63,385 nucleotides of DNA, from IMG/VR virus record IMGVR_UViG_3300037751_000116, positions 1 through 63,385 of that record; one strand, given 5' to 3'. Made by a program: the position numbers and the translations under genes. The DNA comes from a virus (taxonomy: Duplodnaviria; Caudoviricetes). Positions 44,666 to 53,783 of the stretch are shown piece after piece (the stretch's first letter is position 1; each line of letters begins with the position of its first letter). A model generated the notes under the pieces. The model did no database searches, was not told the origin of the DNA, and worked only from the letters and a program-made list of their open reading frames with translations.

Positions 44666-46108
44666 ATGCGCGATACCACAATTCTGAGCCGGGGCGCTTT
44701 CCTCACCAAAGAGGCACCGCCCATTGACGACAAGATCAAAGAGGCCGGGCTTGAAAAGCTCGCCAAGGATATGTCGGATGCGGTCACCCATATGACCAAA
44801 TTCAAGACCGACTACGAGGCGGACGCAAAGGTTCTCAAAGAACTGCGCGACAAAGTCGAAAGCCTCGGTTCGGTGGACGCTGAGACCAAGGCCGCTCTGC
44901 AAAAGACCGGGACTGATCTGGCAGAGTCTTTGACCAAGCTTCAGGCTTGCGAACAGGCGATTGAAACCCTCAAAAAGGAAATGGATCAACCCATTTTCCG
45001 GGGCGACAAGGACCTGAAGGACCATGACCGGGAAAATGCGATTGCACTGCAGCGCCGCGCCCATATCCATAAGGGCGGCACCCAGCACGATTTCGTTGCC
45101 GATCTGGACAACCTCGTCAATCCGGCTGATTACCGCTCTGCGGTCCACAAGCTTATGAGTGTTGGAACCGAGACCAAGGCGGGTATCATGCGTCAGTTCT
45201 CCGAAGCTGAACGCAAGGCGTTTGACGCGGCCTCGCTCGACAGCGGCTTCTTCAGCCCGGAACTTCTCGGTATCGAGGTTGACTGCGAAATCGAGTGCGC
45301 CTCGTTGCTTGATCTGTACCAGCAAATCTCGGTCAGCCGTTCGACGTTCATGTTCCCCCACGTGGAGAGCTACGGCGACATCGGCCAGTATGACTGCGAT
45401 GCGAAGTGCGACGCTGAGTACGGCCCTGAAGGCAACATTACCTGGAAAAACGGTCAGACCTACGACTTCCGTGGCGTCTTCTGTTTCCAGCGTGACACGC
45501 TGCGCGAAGCCAACTACGACTTGCTCGGCTTCATGATGCGGGCAGCGGCCCGGTCCTACCGGATCAACCGCAACCAAGCCTTGATCACCGGCGACGGTGT
45601 CAACGAACCGATGGGTTGGTTGACCGCAGATTGTTTCACCAAGCTGCAAACGCCCGCCGCCAACCCGACGCACCAAGACCTGCGTCAGTTCTTGGCGTCG
45701 GCTCCGGTTGAGTATGGCCCGGTCACGGCGACGATGCACCAGAATGTGTTTGCGTACTTCGCTTCCATGGTCGACAATACCGGTCGGTTCATCTTTGGCG
45801 ACGGTTTGATGGGCTTCAGCCCCAATGACGTGCGGGACTCCATCCGCATCAGCAACTGTCTGCCCGATGCGACCGCTGGCGGTACCCTCGGTTCGGCTGA
45901 CGATCCTTTCGTCGCTGGCGACTTCATTCTCGCCGCCGGTGTTTGGGAACGAGCCTACGCCGCCGTGAACCATCGCCCGATGTTCATGGAACAGTACGAA
46001 GGCGGCTCCAGTGCATGGTGCGTCAAGTACCAGTTCGGCGCGAAAGACGGCGGCTTTGTCGCTTGCTGCCCCGCCGCTCGCACACTGACCGCCGGTGCCG
46101 GGGGCTAA
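44666..46108 (+). CDS. Major capsid protein (HK97 fold with delta domain), Cys-rich
   Basis: N-terminal coiled coil; ITGDGVNEPMG, DNTGRFIF; strong codon bias. Confidence 0.92.
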   Translation: MRDTTILSRGAFLTKEAPPIDDKIKEAGLEKLAKDMSDAVTHMTKFKTDYEADAKVLKELRDKVESLGSVDAETKAALQKTGTDLAESLTKLQACEQAIETLKKEMDQPIFRGDKDLKDHDRENAIALQRRAHIHKGGTQHDFVADLDNLVNPADYRSAVHKLMSVGTETKAGIMRQFSEAERKAFDAASLDSGFFSPELLGIEVDCEIECASLLDLYQQISVSRSTFMFPHVESYGDIGQYDCDAKCDAEYGPEGNITWKNGQTYDFRGVFCFQRDTLREANYDLLGFMMRAAARSYRINRNQALITGDGVNEPMGWLTADCFTKLQTPAANPTHQDLRQFLASAPVEYGPVTATMHQNVFAYFASMVDNTGRFIFGDGLMGFSPNDVRDSIRISNCLPDATAGGTLGSADDPFVAGDFILAAGVWERAYAAVNHRPMFMEQYEGGSSAWCVKYQFGAKDGGFVACCPAARTLTAGAGG

Positions 46109-46181
46109 TCGCTCCCGTTGACCTTCTACGGTGGCCGATGCTGGCCACCGTTCAACCCCTCTAACTCAGGAGAGTTAAGAC

Positions 46182-46589
46182 ATGCCTGTTCAATCTAACA
46201 TCGCCGTCGGCACGGTTGGCACCGTGGCTTGGGATGGTACCACGGCACGCCCGATGGATATTCGTAAGCATATCCGGTTCGGTTGGTCGTTCGAGGTCAT
46301 CGGAGCAATCGCGGTTGACGCTGTGTTCAATATTCGGTCGGCCCCGCCGTCCGCTGAAGACCCCTGTGTTCCCGGCGCTTTCGCCGCGGTGCCTGAGGTC
46401 TCGATTTGCGACAGCCCTGCGGAGCCGAGTGCGCAAGCAACCGTGACGATCCCCGCCGGTACCCCTATCGGCACAATCTGCGGCGGCACTATTCCTTGTC
46501 GCCCGAACGCTTTTGTGCAACTCGTTTCGGCGTCGGGCACAACCGCCAATGTTCTCGTCGTGGGGCTGCGCCAAGGGCCGACCATGTAA
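46182..46589 (+). CDS. Putative capsid decoration protein
   Basis: Follows MCP; beta-rich; 4 Cys. Confidence 0.6.
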   Translation: MPVQSNIAVGTVGTVAWDGTTARPMDIRKHIRFGWSFEVIGAIAVDAVFNIRSAPPSAEDPCVPGAFAAVPEVSICDSPAEPSAQATVTIPAGTPIGTICGGTIPCRPNAFVQLVSASGTTANVLVVGLRQGPTM

Positions 46590-46975
46590 TGAGAAAGCTG
46601 GTAGCAGGACCCATTAATGCGCGCCGTGGCCATACGGTGCGCATTACTACCCGACTGACACGCGGGCTGGATTATGCGCACCTGTCAGTATATTCTTCTA
46701 TTCCGCCGTTTGAGCCATCGCCGCATGTACCGATGTTCAAACTGGGGTTGCTCAAATCCGGTCGACCGGCGATGACCAATCCCACAACCTTGCGGTTGAC
46801 CAGAGCTATGAGGCCGCATCAAACAATAGAGCTTACAGCCGACGAGGACTGCCGCTTTCTGTTGTATCAAGAAACCGACACCGCTGACGATAAGCTCGTT
46901 AAAGCAAGGATCATAACCCATGGAAACTCAAGAATTGCTCGACTCATTGCATCTGCGTTCGGATGGCTTCGTTGA
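46589..46975 (+). CDS. Hypothetical virion-module protein
   Basis: TAATG coupling; start MRKLVAG. Confidence 0.6.
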   Translation: MRKLVAGPINARRGHTVRITTRLTRGLDYAHLSVYSSIPPFEPSPHVPMFKLGLLKSGRPAMTNPTTLRLTRAMRPHQTIELTADEDCRFLLYQETDTADDKLVKARIITHGNSRIARLIASAFGWLR

Positions 46976-47492
46976 AAACGCCGAAGGTGATTTCGCGGTC
47001 GTCATGAAAAACAAAACAGGCGTCAAGCCCGACGGGCGTCGCTGGTTCCGTTTCAAAACCTCGTTTCAGGCTGACCCGATCGTGGTCACTTGGGAACGCC
47101 CCGACAATCTGGCGCTGTTCCCTGAGGTCGTCGCGCGGGCTTTGATCGGTAAAGGTTACGGCGCTAGCCCTACCCCCGAGTTTTTCGCCTCGTTGTTGAT
47201 GGAACCGCTTGATGTCGTCGAACCGGTTGAGCCGTCAGCGCCTGTCGAACCCGCAGCGCCGACCACGCCGACGGATGTGTCAAAGCCGCCCGAACCGAGC
47301 GAGCCGAAAGATGCCGCCGCGCCTATCGCCCCGCCATCCCCGGAAAATGCCCCGCCTAGCGCGGAGCCGATCATTTCCGCCCCTTGGGCCGCTGGAGCTA
47401 ATACCGCGCCTCCAGCCCCCGTTCCAGCGAGCGACGAAAAGGCTGAAGCGCCTAAGAAGAAAGCGCCGCCCTCCACAGCGGACAAGAAATAG
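46920..47492 (+). CDS. Hypothetical protein with Pro/Ala-rich tail
   Basis: RBS aagga. Confidence 0.65.
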   Translation: METQELLDSLHLRSDGFVENAEGDFAVVMKNKTGVKPDGRRWFRFKTSFQADPIVVTWERPDNLALFPEVVARALIGKGYGASPTPEFFASLLMEPLDVVEPVEPSAPVEPAAPTTPTDVSKPPEPSEPKDAAAPIAPPSPENAPPSAEPIISAPWAAGANTAPPAPVPASDEKAEAPKKKAPPSTADKK

Positions 47493-47566
47493 CGCCGCCG
47501 CGCTAGAACGGTGCCCCGGTTCGGCGCGATGATGGCCGGGGTTCCTCAAACCTAGGAGGTGACCTA

Positions 47567-47668
47567 ATGGGTACTCTGACCTGCCGTACAGCTTGCGCGC
47601 AGAACACGGCAACAGTCCTTGTTTCTGCGCCTTGCTTCACTTGTGTAGCGCCCGCTGAGGTGGTCTAA
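47567..47668 (+). CDS. 33-aa Cys peptide, candidate capsid linking protein (not in ORF track)
   Basis: Strong RBS aggaggtg; MGTLTCRTACAQNTATVLVSAPCFTCVAPAEVV. Confidence 0.75.
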   Translation: MGTLTCRTACAQNTATVLVSAPCFTCVAPAEVV

Positions 47669-47745
47669 GCACAATTAACAACCATCGCCCCGCCTAGCGG
47701 ATAACAGGTAGGCGGGGCTTCAACTCAAGCAAGAGGGCTACAGCC

Positions 47746-48513
47746 GTGCTTTATTTTACCGCAGATGCTCGTGACGGTGCTCCGTCTGGTGCGGCTTGTG
47801 ACACCTGTTGCTGCAAGTCAGTCGCCATGCAACCCGGCGAAATCAACCTGATTGAAATCAACTACGCCCCGTGGACACTCCCCCTCGGTGGCCCGGGTCT
47901 CATTAACGGAGGCTTTGAACATTATGTCACCCACGATGAAAGCGGGTGCGCGTCGGGGGTGATCAATGGGTTTGCCGCGCCAAGCAATACAAATTACCAG
48001 TTGGTTCTTGATCCTGACGAGGCAGCTTTTCTTGTCATTGATTTGACCACCAACGAGGGGCCGATTGATCCCCTGAACACGATGACCTACAGTATCGTTC
48101 CGCTGAGTGGGCCGCTCTATGGCACCCTGTCGGACTTCGATGCAAATGGACAGGTCACCTATACGCCGGGTTCCAACTACCGCGGCGCAGATTATTTCGC
48201 CTACCAGATGTGTGACCCCGAGGGGCGGTGTATTATTCGCACGGTTCAGGTCACCACGACAACGACGGTCGGCGATGCAAACCAGAACGCGAACCAAGAC
48301 CCCGGTCGCCTATCTCTGGTCCCGTACGTCTACTCTGATAAGGCGATGGTTGACTCACGCCTGCAAACGGTTCGCTTCCCGGTGTATATGCCGCTGAGTT
48401 GCCGCCCGTGCGATCAGTATCGCCTGACCATTCGTATGCGAGCGCGGGACTGCGATGCGATCGTATACCAGCACCTTTCGTGCTACGATTTCCGTTGCCG
48501 CAACTGCGGCTAA
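47746..48513 (+). CDS. Cys-rich collar/neck-sheath-like protein with Ig-like domain
   Basis: CDTCCC; GPLYGTL...VTYTP...GADYFAY Ig-like signature; ~13 Cys. Confidence 0.65.
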   Translation: MLYFTADARDGAPSGAACDTCCCKSVAMQPGEINLIEINYAPWTLPLGGPGLINGGFEHYVTHDESGCASGVINGFAAPSNTNYQLVLDPDEAAFLVIDLTTNEGPIDPLNTMTYSIVPLSGPLYGTLSDFDANGQVTYTPGSNYRGADYFAYQMCDPEGRCIIRTVQVTTTTTVGDANQNANQDPGRLSLVPYVYSDKAMVDSRLQTVRFPVYMPLSCRPCDQYRLTIRMRARDCDAIVYQHLSCYDFRCRNCG

Positions 48514-48527
48514 TACGAGGGCTGAAA

Positions 48528-49214
48528 ATGCTTACGACGGTTCACCATGACATCCACGAGGCAGCGGCGCAGCAAAAAGCCGACCCTTACGATCTCGAAA
48601 AGTGGCTGTCGATTTCACTCATACGCTCCCATACCAAGACCGACGATATTCCGTCGGTCACCGACGAACTACTCGAGGTCTATCGGGCGGCGGCACTTCA
48701 AGCCGCCGCCGATTATACAGGCTTGCGCCTGACCGAGCGGATGACGGTTGTAGAGGACGTATTCCCTCCGGTTGGTACATCGGCTGCGGCGCGGGCCGGA
48801 TACTTCATCCACGATCTGCAATACCCGACGGCGCAGCCCGATGTGTGGTATTACGGTCATAAGAACAATTCACCGATGAAACTGACGGTTAAGATCAACA
48901 GCCGCCGCCTGAGGTTGCCAATCGACCGTGCAGACTTCGGTCTGGGGTGCTGCAACCCCTGCGGCCCGACTGCATTCTCTAAGGTCCAATACGTCGCGGG
49001 TTACGACTGCCTGAGCAAAGCACCGGTAGCGATTAAACTGGGCGCTCTGAAGTATATCGCCCATGCAATCGAAAACCCCGGCGACCTCGTGCGGGTATCG
49101 AATGAAGCGGGCAACATAGAGAGCGGCAGTGTCGGAGCGGCGAACGCGAATAACCCTGCGGTCGCCTCTGGTGCGATTGAAATCTGGCGTTCGGTAGTGG
49201 CGGATGCGATATGA
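48528..49214 (+). CDS. Head-tail adaptor (neck 1)
   Basis: IRSHTK.D...D.LL..Y..AA....ADYTG, YVAGY; synteny. Confidence 0.75.
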   Translation: MLTTVHHDIHEAAAQQKADPYDLEKWLSISLIRSHTKTDDIPSVTDELLEVYRAAALQAAADYTGLRLTERMTVVEDVFPPVGTSAAARAGYFIHDLQYPTAQPDVWYYGHKNNSPMKLTVKINSRRLRLPIDRADFGLGCCNPCGPTAFSKVQYVAGYDCLSKAPVAIKLGALKYIAHAIENPGDLVRVSNEAGNIESGSVGAANANNPAVASGAIEIWRSVVADAI

Positions 49215-49633
49215 TTGCGAAACTTCGTCACCGCGTGGTTCTGTGCCGTCAGCATGACATCGTAGAGGTGGCTGGCGAAATGACTCTCAAACGCGAGGGT
49301 ATAACTTTCGGGTGGGCGGAGATCGTCGCTAAGAAAGCAAGCGCTTTCAGTCCCCATGGCGCAGCGATCAAAGACAGCCGCAACACCCGCTCTCATATAA
49401 TCACGATGCGCTACCGCACCGACCTCAACATTTCGATTATGGCATGGGTCTACGAGGAGCGGCTTAAGAGTTCGCCCCGCTGGTTCAAAGTTCTGTCGTA
49501 TACCGAAACCGAAAGCGGCGGTTCCCCTTGTTGGAAATTGGACTGCCGACTGGTTGAACGCGGCGATGATCTCGCAACCCCCACGGAGGCCGATGCGGTT
49601 CAGAAAGGGTTACCCAAGGGGGTAGTGCTGTGA
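49211..49633 (+). CDS. Head closure / stopper (neck 2)
   Basis: KLRHRV, WAEI, HIITMRYR. Confidence 0.8.
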   Translation: MIAKLRHRVVLCRQHDIVEVAGEMTLKREGITFGWAEIVAKKASAFSPHGAAIKDSRNTRSHIITMRYRTDLNISIMAWVYEERLKSSPRWFKVLSYTETESGGSPCWKLDCRLVERGDDLATPTEADAVQKGLPKGVVL

Positions 49634-50046
49634 GCTTTTTAGAGTTTAAACCTTGGCCTAGCTTCAGGGCGCGCAAGAGTTCAAAAGTCATCCGATCGTG
49701 GTTGCGTAAAGTTAAAGACGAGGCCACCGACGTATTCAAGGCCGGGATGACGGGAAGCCATACGGGGCGTATTTATCGCAGACGAGGTAGAACCCATCAA
49801 GCGTCTGCGCCTGACGAATATCCAGCTACGGATACCGGGCGACTGCTAGCTAGCCTGCGCGGCTCCAGCGATCTAAGGGAAGCCAAAGTCGGTACCGGAA
49901 TGTATTACGCAAAGTTTTTGAGGCAGGGTACCAAAAAGATGGCACGCCGTCGAATGTCTGATAATGCAATACGGGAAGGCGCGGCTATAGCGCGTCCTAG
50001 TTCGAGGGGGTGGGTCGCATGGCTGAAGACGAAAAGCAACCGGTAG
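49630..50046 (+). CDS. HK97 gp10-like tail completion protein
   Basis: HQASAP.EYPATDTGRL..S, YAKFL..GT.KMA.R. Confidence 0.75.
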   Translation: MSFLEFKPWPSFRARKSSKVIRSWLRKVKDEATDVFKAGMTGSHTGRIYRRRGRTHQASAPDEYPATDTGRLLASLRGSSDLREAKVGTGMYYAKFLRQGTKKMARRRMSDNAIREGAAIARPSSRGWVAWLKTKSNR

Positions 50047-50624
50047 AGCCTACCTTGATGGCTCTAGCCCGCGATATAGCCGTTTGGTTTCCTGAACTTC
50101 ACGGCCGGGCAATCGCGGTTAGCGAAATCGACATTATCCGCGATAAAACCAATCTGCCTAGCCTGCCTCTCGCTGCCATTGCTTTGGTTAGCGAGGTTGC
50201 GGAGCAAAGCGAGAACGGTAGCGGTCAGATTATCATTCGTGATGACATCCTTATCCACTTCGTGTTTGAGCCGGTCAAGTATACTAGGGCGGACGGCAAG
50301 GAAACCCCGTTCTACGCCTTTTACGATTACGAGACCCTGCGCGACCGCCTGCTAGAACGCCTTAAGAACTGGCGGACCCCACGGGGCGGCGGGCTGGCGT
50401 ATATCTCGCTCGATGTGGAGAGCGACGAGTATGCGGTTTATATCGCGTTCCGATTTCGTGCCAAGGAAACTTGGTGCAACCCTAACCCGGATATACCGGA
50501 AAATGAACTACCGCACGAAGTGGTTATTCTTAGCCGCATTCTGCAACCGGCTGGAAGTCGTAAAGATTGCTGCGACCCTTGCCCCGACGAGCCGAACCCG
50601 TGCGACTTCGCACAGGATCAATGA
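50019..50624 (+). CDS. Putative tail terminator
   Basis: Synteny before sheath; Cys-rich C-terminus. Confidence 0.6.
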   Translation: MAEDEKQPVEPTLMALARDIAVWFPELHGRAIAVSEIDIIRDKTNLPSLPLAAIALVSEVAEQSENGSGQIIIRDDILIHFVFEPVKYTRADGKETPFYAFYDYETLRDRLLERLKNWRTPRGGGLAYISLDVESDEYAVYIAFRFRAKETWCNPNPDIPENELPHEVVILSRILQPAGSRKDCCDPCPDEPNPCDFAQDQ

Positions 50625-50651
50625 CCCACTTAAGAGACCGGGAGTGATACG

Positions 50652-50894
50652 ATGCTAAGTAAATCAGTTCGGGTACGGGCCAAGGCGGGGCGCGTTGCGC
50701 GTACTGCGCCTGACGGGCCGTTCATCCCCGACGACCATTTTGTGTCCGTCGAAAATACGCGATACATCCAGCGTCTAATCAATGTTCACAAGGACATTGA
50801 GGTAGAGCCGCCTGTTGCCAAGGCTCCGCCCAAAGCCGCAAAACAACCCGAGACGGTTCCTTTCGCCGTCGACAACACCCCTAAGAAGGAGTAA
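50652..50894 (+). CDS. Small protein preceding the sheath gene
   Basis: RBS ggag; synteny with Mu-like tails. Confidence 0.6.
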   Translation: MLSKSVRVRAKAGRVARTAPDGPFIPDDHFVSVENTRYIQRLINVHKDIEVEPPVAKAPPKAAKQPETVPFAVDNTPKKE

Positions 50895-50900
50895 TGACTG

Positions 50901-52403
50901 ATGGCAATTGACAGCCTTAGAGACGGTTTCGTCCGCCTCTGTTTTGATCCGAACGCCAATGTGCTCGGTGAAAGATGCCGGTTGGTACTGGAGGGGCAAA
51001 TGACTGCCACCGGTACTGCAACCGCCGACCAACTGGTCAAGGTCACTTCGGCGCGCGATCTGGACGCCATGTTTGGCGAGGGTTCGGTCATCGGCGAGTC
51101 GCTGAAGGTCGCAATCAACTGCTGCGGAAACGACGCGGTTGAAATCTTTGCAGTACCACGCGACGATGCCGCCACCGCGGTGGCCGCTGAATATACCCTG
51201 ACAATCGTCGGTCCTGCGACTACCGACGGGCGGCTCGATTTCTACTGGGGTGACTCTCAGTGGAACATTTCGGTTCGGGTTGCGGATGGTGACGACGAAA
51301 CTACCATCGCCGCTGCGATCGTGGCCGCGCTGCCTACTGGGTTCCCTTATACCGCAGTAGCCCTTGCCGGTGTGATCACCTTGACCGCTCGCAATGCGGG
51401 CACCGCTGGCAACTTCCTTAACGGGATTGTCAACTGGCACCAGCGCAACGACTATATGCCTGAAGGCGTTACGGCGACTTTTGCGCAAACCGTTGACGGT
51501 GAAACTGATCCGGCCCCGCTCGACTATAGCGCGGTATTCGGTGATTGCTGCCTATGCTGTTGGGCGCTTCTGACCGGCGACGAGGTTTGGCAGGACGGTA
51601 TGGTCGATTTCCTGAACGAGGCGTGGTCCTGTGACAAGCCTCAATGTTTCGGTCACGGCTACACCTACAACAGTGGTTCGCTTGGCGAAATTCTCGCCTC
51701 CGATACCAATTCGGCTACCATTAGCCGCTTGGCCCATTGCGATACCGACTCGAACTTCCCGTGGCTGAAGGTCGCCGCCTATGCAGCCAAGTCGTGCTGC
51801 CTGACGGTCGACAATCCTGAGATCAGTATTCAGGGTCCGAACTACGGGGTTCTGGATTGTATCCGCGCCCCTGAGTCGTGCAGTTCCTGTTTCACCTTCG
51901 ACGAGCAAGAGCAGTTGCGCGACAGCGGCTTTGTGGTTACCGTGCCGGTAAGTGGCGGCTCGGGTGGTTTGACTTCCCCGATGATCACCAACGATATTAC
52001 CAACAACCGGTTCGATGCTGAAGGCCGCGAAAACCTGACTTTCCAGTCGGTTTCTTCCCGCCGCTTGGCCACTGAGACCGCAACCTTGATTGCAGAGCAA
52101 CTGCAACAGTTCAATGGTCTCGGTTACTACACCGACGGCACCAACATCCGCGAAGGCGCACTCGGCGTCAACCGCCGGATGATGCTTGGTACCATGCGGG
52201 CGTGGGTTAAGACGCAGGTCGGAGCGCTGTTCAGTCAGTTCGATGATCTGGACCGCGACTTGACCTTTACGGATGACTTCGAGGTCGCGCCGCGCTGTCA
52301 GGGCGTTCCCGGCAAGCTGTACATGAACCTGATTTATCGGCCTCCGGTTCGCATTCGTCAGGTGGTTGTCAATGCTGTTCCGAAGCTGTTGAACAACTGC
52401 TAA
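50901..52403 (+). CDS. Contractile tail sheath protein, Cys-rich
   Basis: MFGEGS, ITLTARNAGTAGN, EQEQLRDSG; 500 aa, before tube. Confidence 0.88.
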   Translation: MAIDSLRDGFVRLCFDPNANVLGERCRLVLEGQMTATGTATADQLVKVTSARDLDAMFGEGSVIGESLKVAINCCGNDAVEIFAVPRDDAATAVAAEYTLTIVGPATTDGRLDFYWGDSQWNISVRVADGDDETTIAAAIVAALPTGFPYTAVALAGVITLTARNAGTAGNFLNGIVNWHQRNDYMPEGVTATFAQTVDGETDPAPLDYSAVFGDCCLCCWALLTGDEVWQDGMVDFLNEAWSCDKPQCFGHGYTYNSGSLGEILASDTNSATISRLAHCDTDSNFPWLKVAAYAAKSCCLTVDNPEISIQGPNYGVLDCIRAPESCSSCFTFDEQEQLRDSGFVVTVPVSGGSGGLTSPMITNDITNNRFDAEGRENLTFQSVSSRRLATETATLIAEQLQQFNGLGYYTDGTNIREGALGVNRRMMLGTMRAWVKTQVGALFSQFDDLDRDLTFTDDFEVAPRCQGVPGKLYMNLIYRPPVRIRQVVVNAVPKLLNNC

Positions 52404-52473
52404 TGCAATAGGGCCGGACGGGACGATCTCGCCCGGCCTATATCAACGCCACGCTAATCAGGAGTACTGAGAA

Positions 52474-52890
52474 ATGGCAGAGTGTCCAAATCAGGTGGGT
52501 ATTCGAAACATCCTTATCAAGTTCGTCGACTGCGATAATGATGTGACCTATGGCCCTGTGTCGCACGAGCTTTCCGGCGACGAGCAACCAGCCTATCGGC
52601 TGTGCGAATACAGCAACGAACCCTTGCCGGGCGGCTACGTTCGCCGGACCAAGGGCAACAACGAAATCAGTCTGGCGGTTATCCGTAACCTCGGTATCCC
52701 GCTTGCGCTCTATCAGGGCTGTTCGTCCATGGACATCACGATCGAGCATTTCAACGGGCTGGTCGTTACCGGGCTTTCCGGCACCTCGACCGGCGACGAG
52801 TCGAGCGATGGCCACGAAGTGACCATCACGGCCACGTTCCAAGAGGTCGACGAACTGTTGCCGCAGCGACTTGAGCCACAGGCCGCGTAA
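52474..52890 (+). CDS. Tail tube protein
   Basis: 138 aa, acidic, beta-rich, follows sheath. Confidence 0.8.
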   Translation: MAECPNQVGIRNILIKFVDCDNDVTYGPVSHELSGDEQPAYRLCEYSNEPLPGGYVRRTKGNNEISLAVIRNLGIPLALYQGCSSMDITIEHFNGLVVTGLSGTSTGDESSDGHEVTITATFQEVDELLPQRLEPQAA

Positions 52891-52995
52891 CACCGCTGTC
52901 GGGATGGTCCCCCGATAGAGGTCTAGTCCCCGCCCGTTATTGTCCTGCGCGACGGGCGGGGGCGACCATTGCAGCGTAGGATAAGGACAAAGCAA

Positions 52996-53592
52996 ATGAC
53001 CAAAATCACCCTTGACCAAGTGGTCAAATTCGGCGACACCGTGGTTGATAGCATCACAGTAAAGCCTCTTTATTTCACGGAACTCGTTGCCCTCTGGCAG
53101 GCCGCATCTGACAAACCCAAACCAGAGGCAGCATTACAACGACTGCGGATGATCAAACAGGTTGAATACAAATCAGTCGACCAGGTATTCACACCGGAAT
53201 ACGAGCAAGTCGGACAGTTGCCTATCGCCGTCGCAAAGGCGATCATCGCAGCCCTTGAAGTCGGTCAGGGCGTTATGGGCAAGCTCGTCAGCGAAGGTGG
53301 CGACGGCACAACCACCCCGATCGTATACAAGCTCGGTACCCCTATCGAAATGAAAGGGGCAGACGGGAAATCGAAAGCCATCAGCGAGCTTGAGTTCATG
53401 GCCAAGACCTATTCAGAGGTTGAGGATGTTTTGGCCGCTGATACCGAACTGGGTCGTGCCCTAGCATTGATCCGCGATGTCGCCACCCCGCTTGGAGTCG
53501 ACGGATTGATGCGCCTGCCCGGGTGGGCGCTTGACCGCTTCACGGTGGCCGATGGCTTGGGGATTATGCGTAGCGTATCACCGGTTTTTTAA
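52996..53592 (+). CDS. Tail assembly chaperone
   Basis: Between tube and tape measure; ends at slippery GGTTTTTTAA. Confidence 0.75.
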   Translation: MTKITLDQVVKFGDTVVDSITVKPLYFTELVALWQAASDKPKPEAALQRLRMIKQVEYKSVDQVFTPEYEQVGQLPIAVAKAIIAALEVGQGVMGKLVSEGGDGTTTPIVYKLGTPIEMKGADGKSKAISELEFMAKTYSEVEDVLAADTELGRALALIRDVATPLGVDGLMRLPGWALDRFTVADGLGIMRSVSPVF

Positions 53593-53783
53593 AAGCCGCC
53601 ACTAGGATCATCGAACGCGTAGAGGAATATCGGTACTATACCGGCTCTATAGATGATCCTAGAACCTTGACCTTGACGCAGTTGGCGCTGCGGCTCCTAG
53701 CCTTTTACAAGGTGCGTCAGGCTGATATTAAAGCCAACAAGGGTAAGCCGCAGACCAGAAAATCGAAACGGAGACGTAGGTAA
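53583..53783 (+). CDS. -1 frameshift extension of tail assembly chaperone
   Basis: -1 frame open from the T6 run to TAA 53781-53783, abutting the tape-measure ATG; no ATG in this frame. Confidence 0.75.
   Translation, partial: GFLKAATRIIERVEEYRYYTGSIDDPRTLTLTQLALRLLAFYKVRQADIKANKGKPQTRKSKRRRR

Noticed and set aside
44648-45973. 441-aa antisense ORF, and similar ones at 43079-43999 and 50775-51488
   Set aside because: Shadows of strongly codon-biased structural genes; no recognisable motifs.
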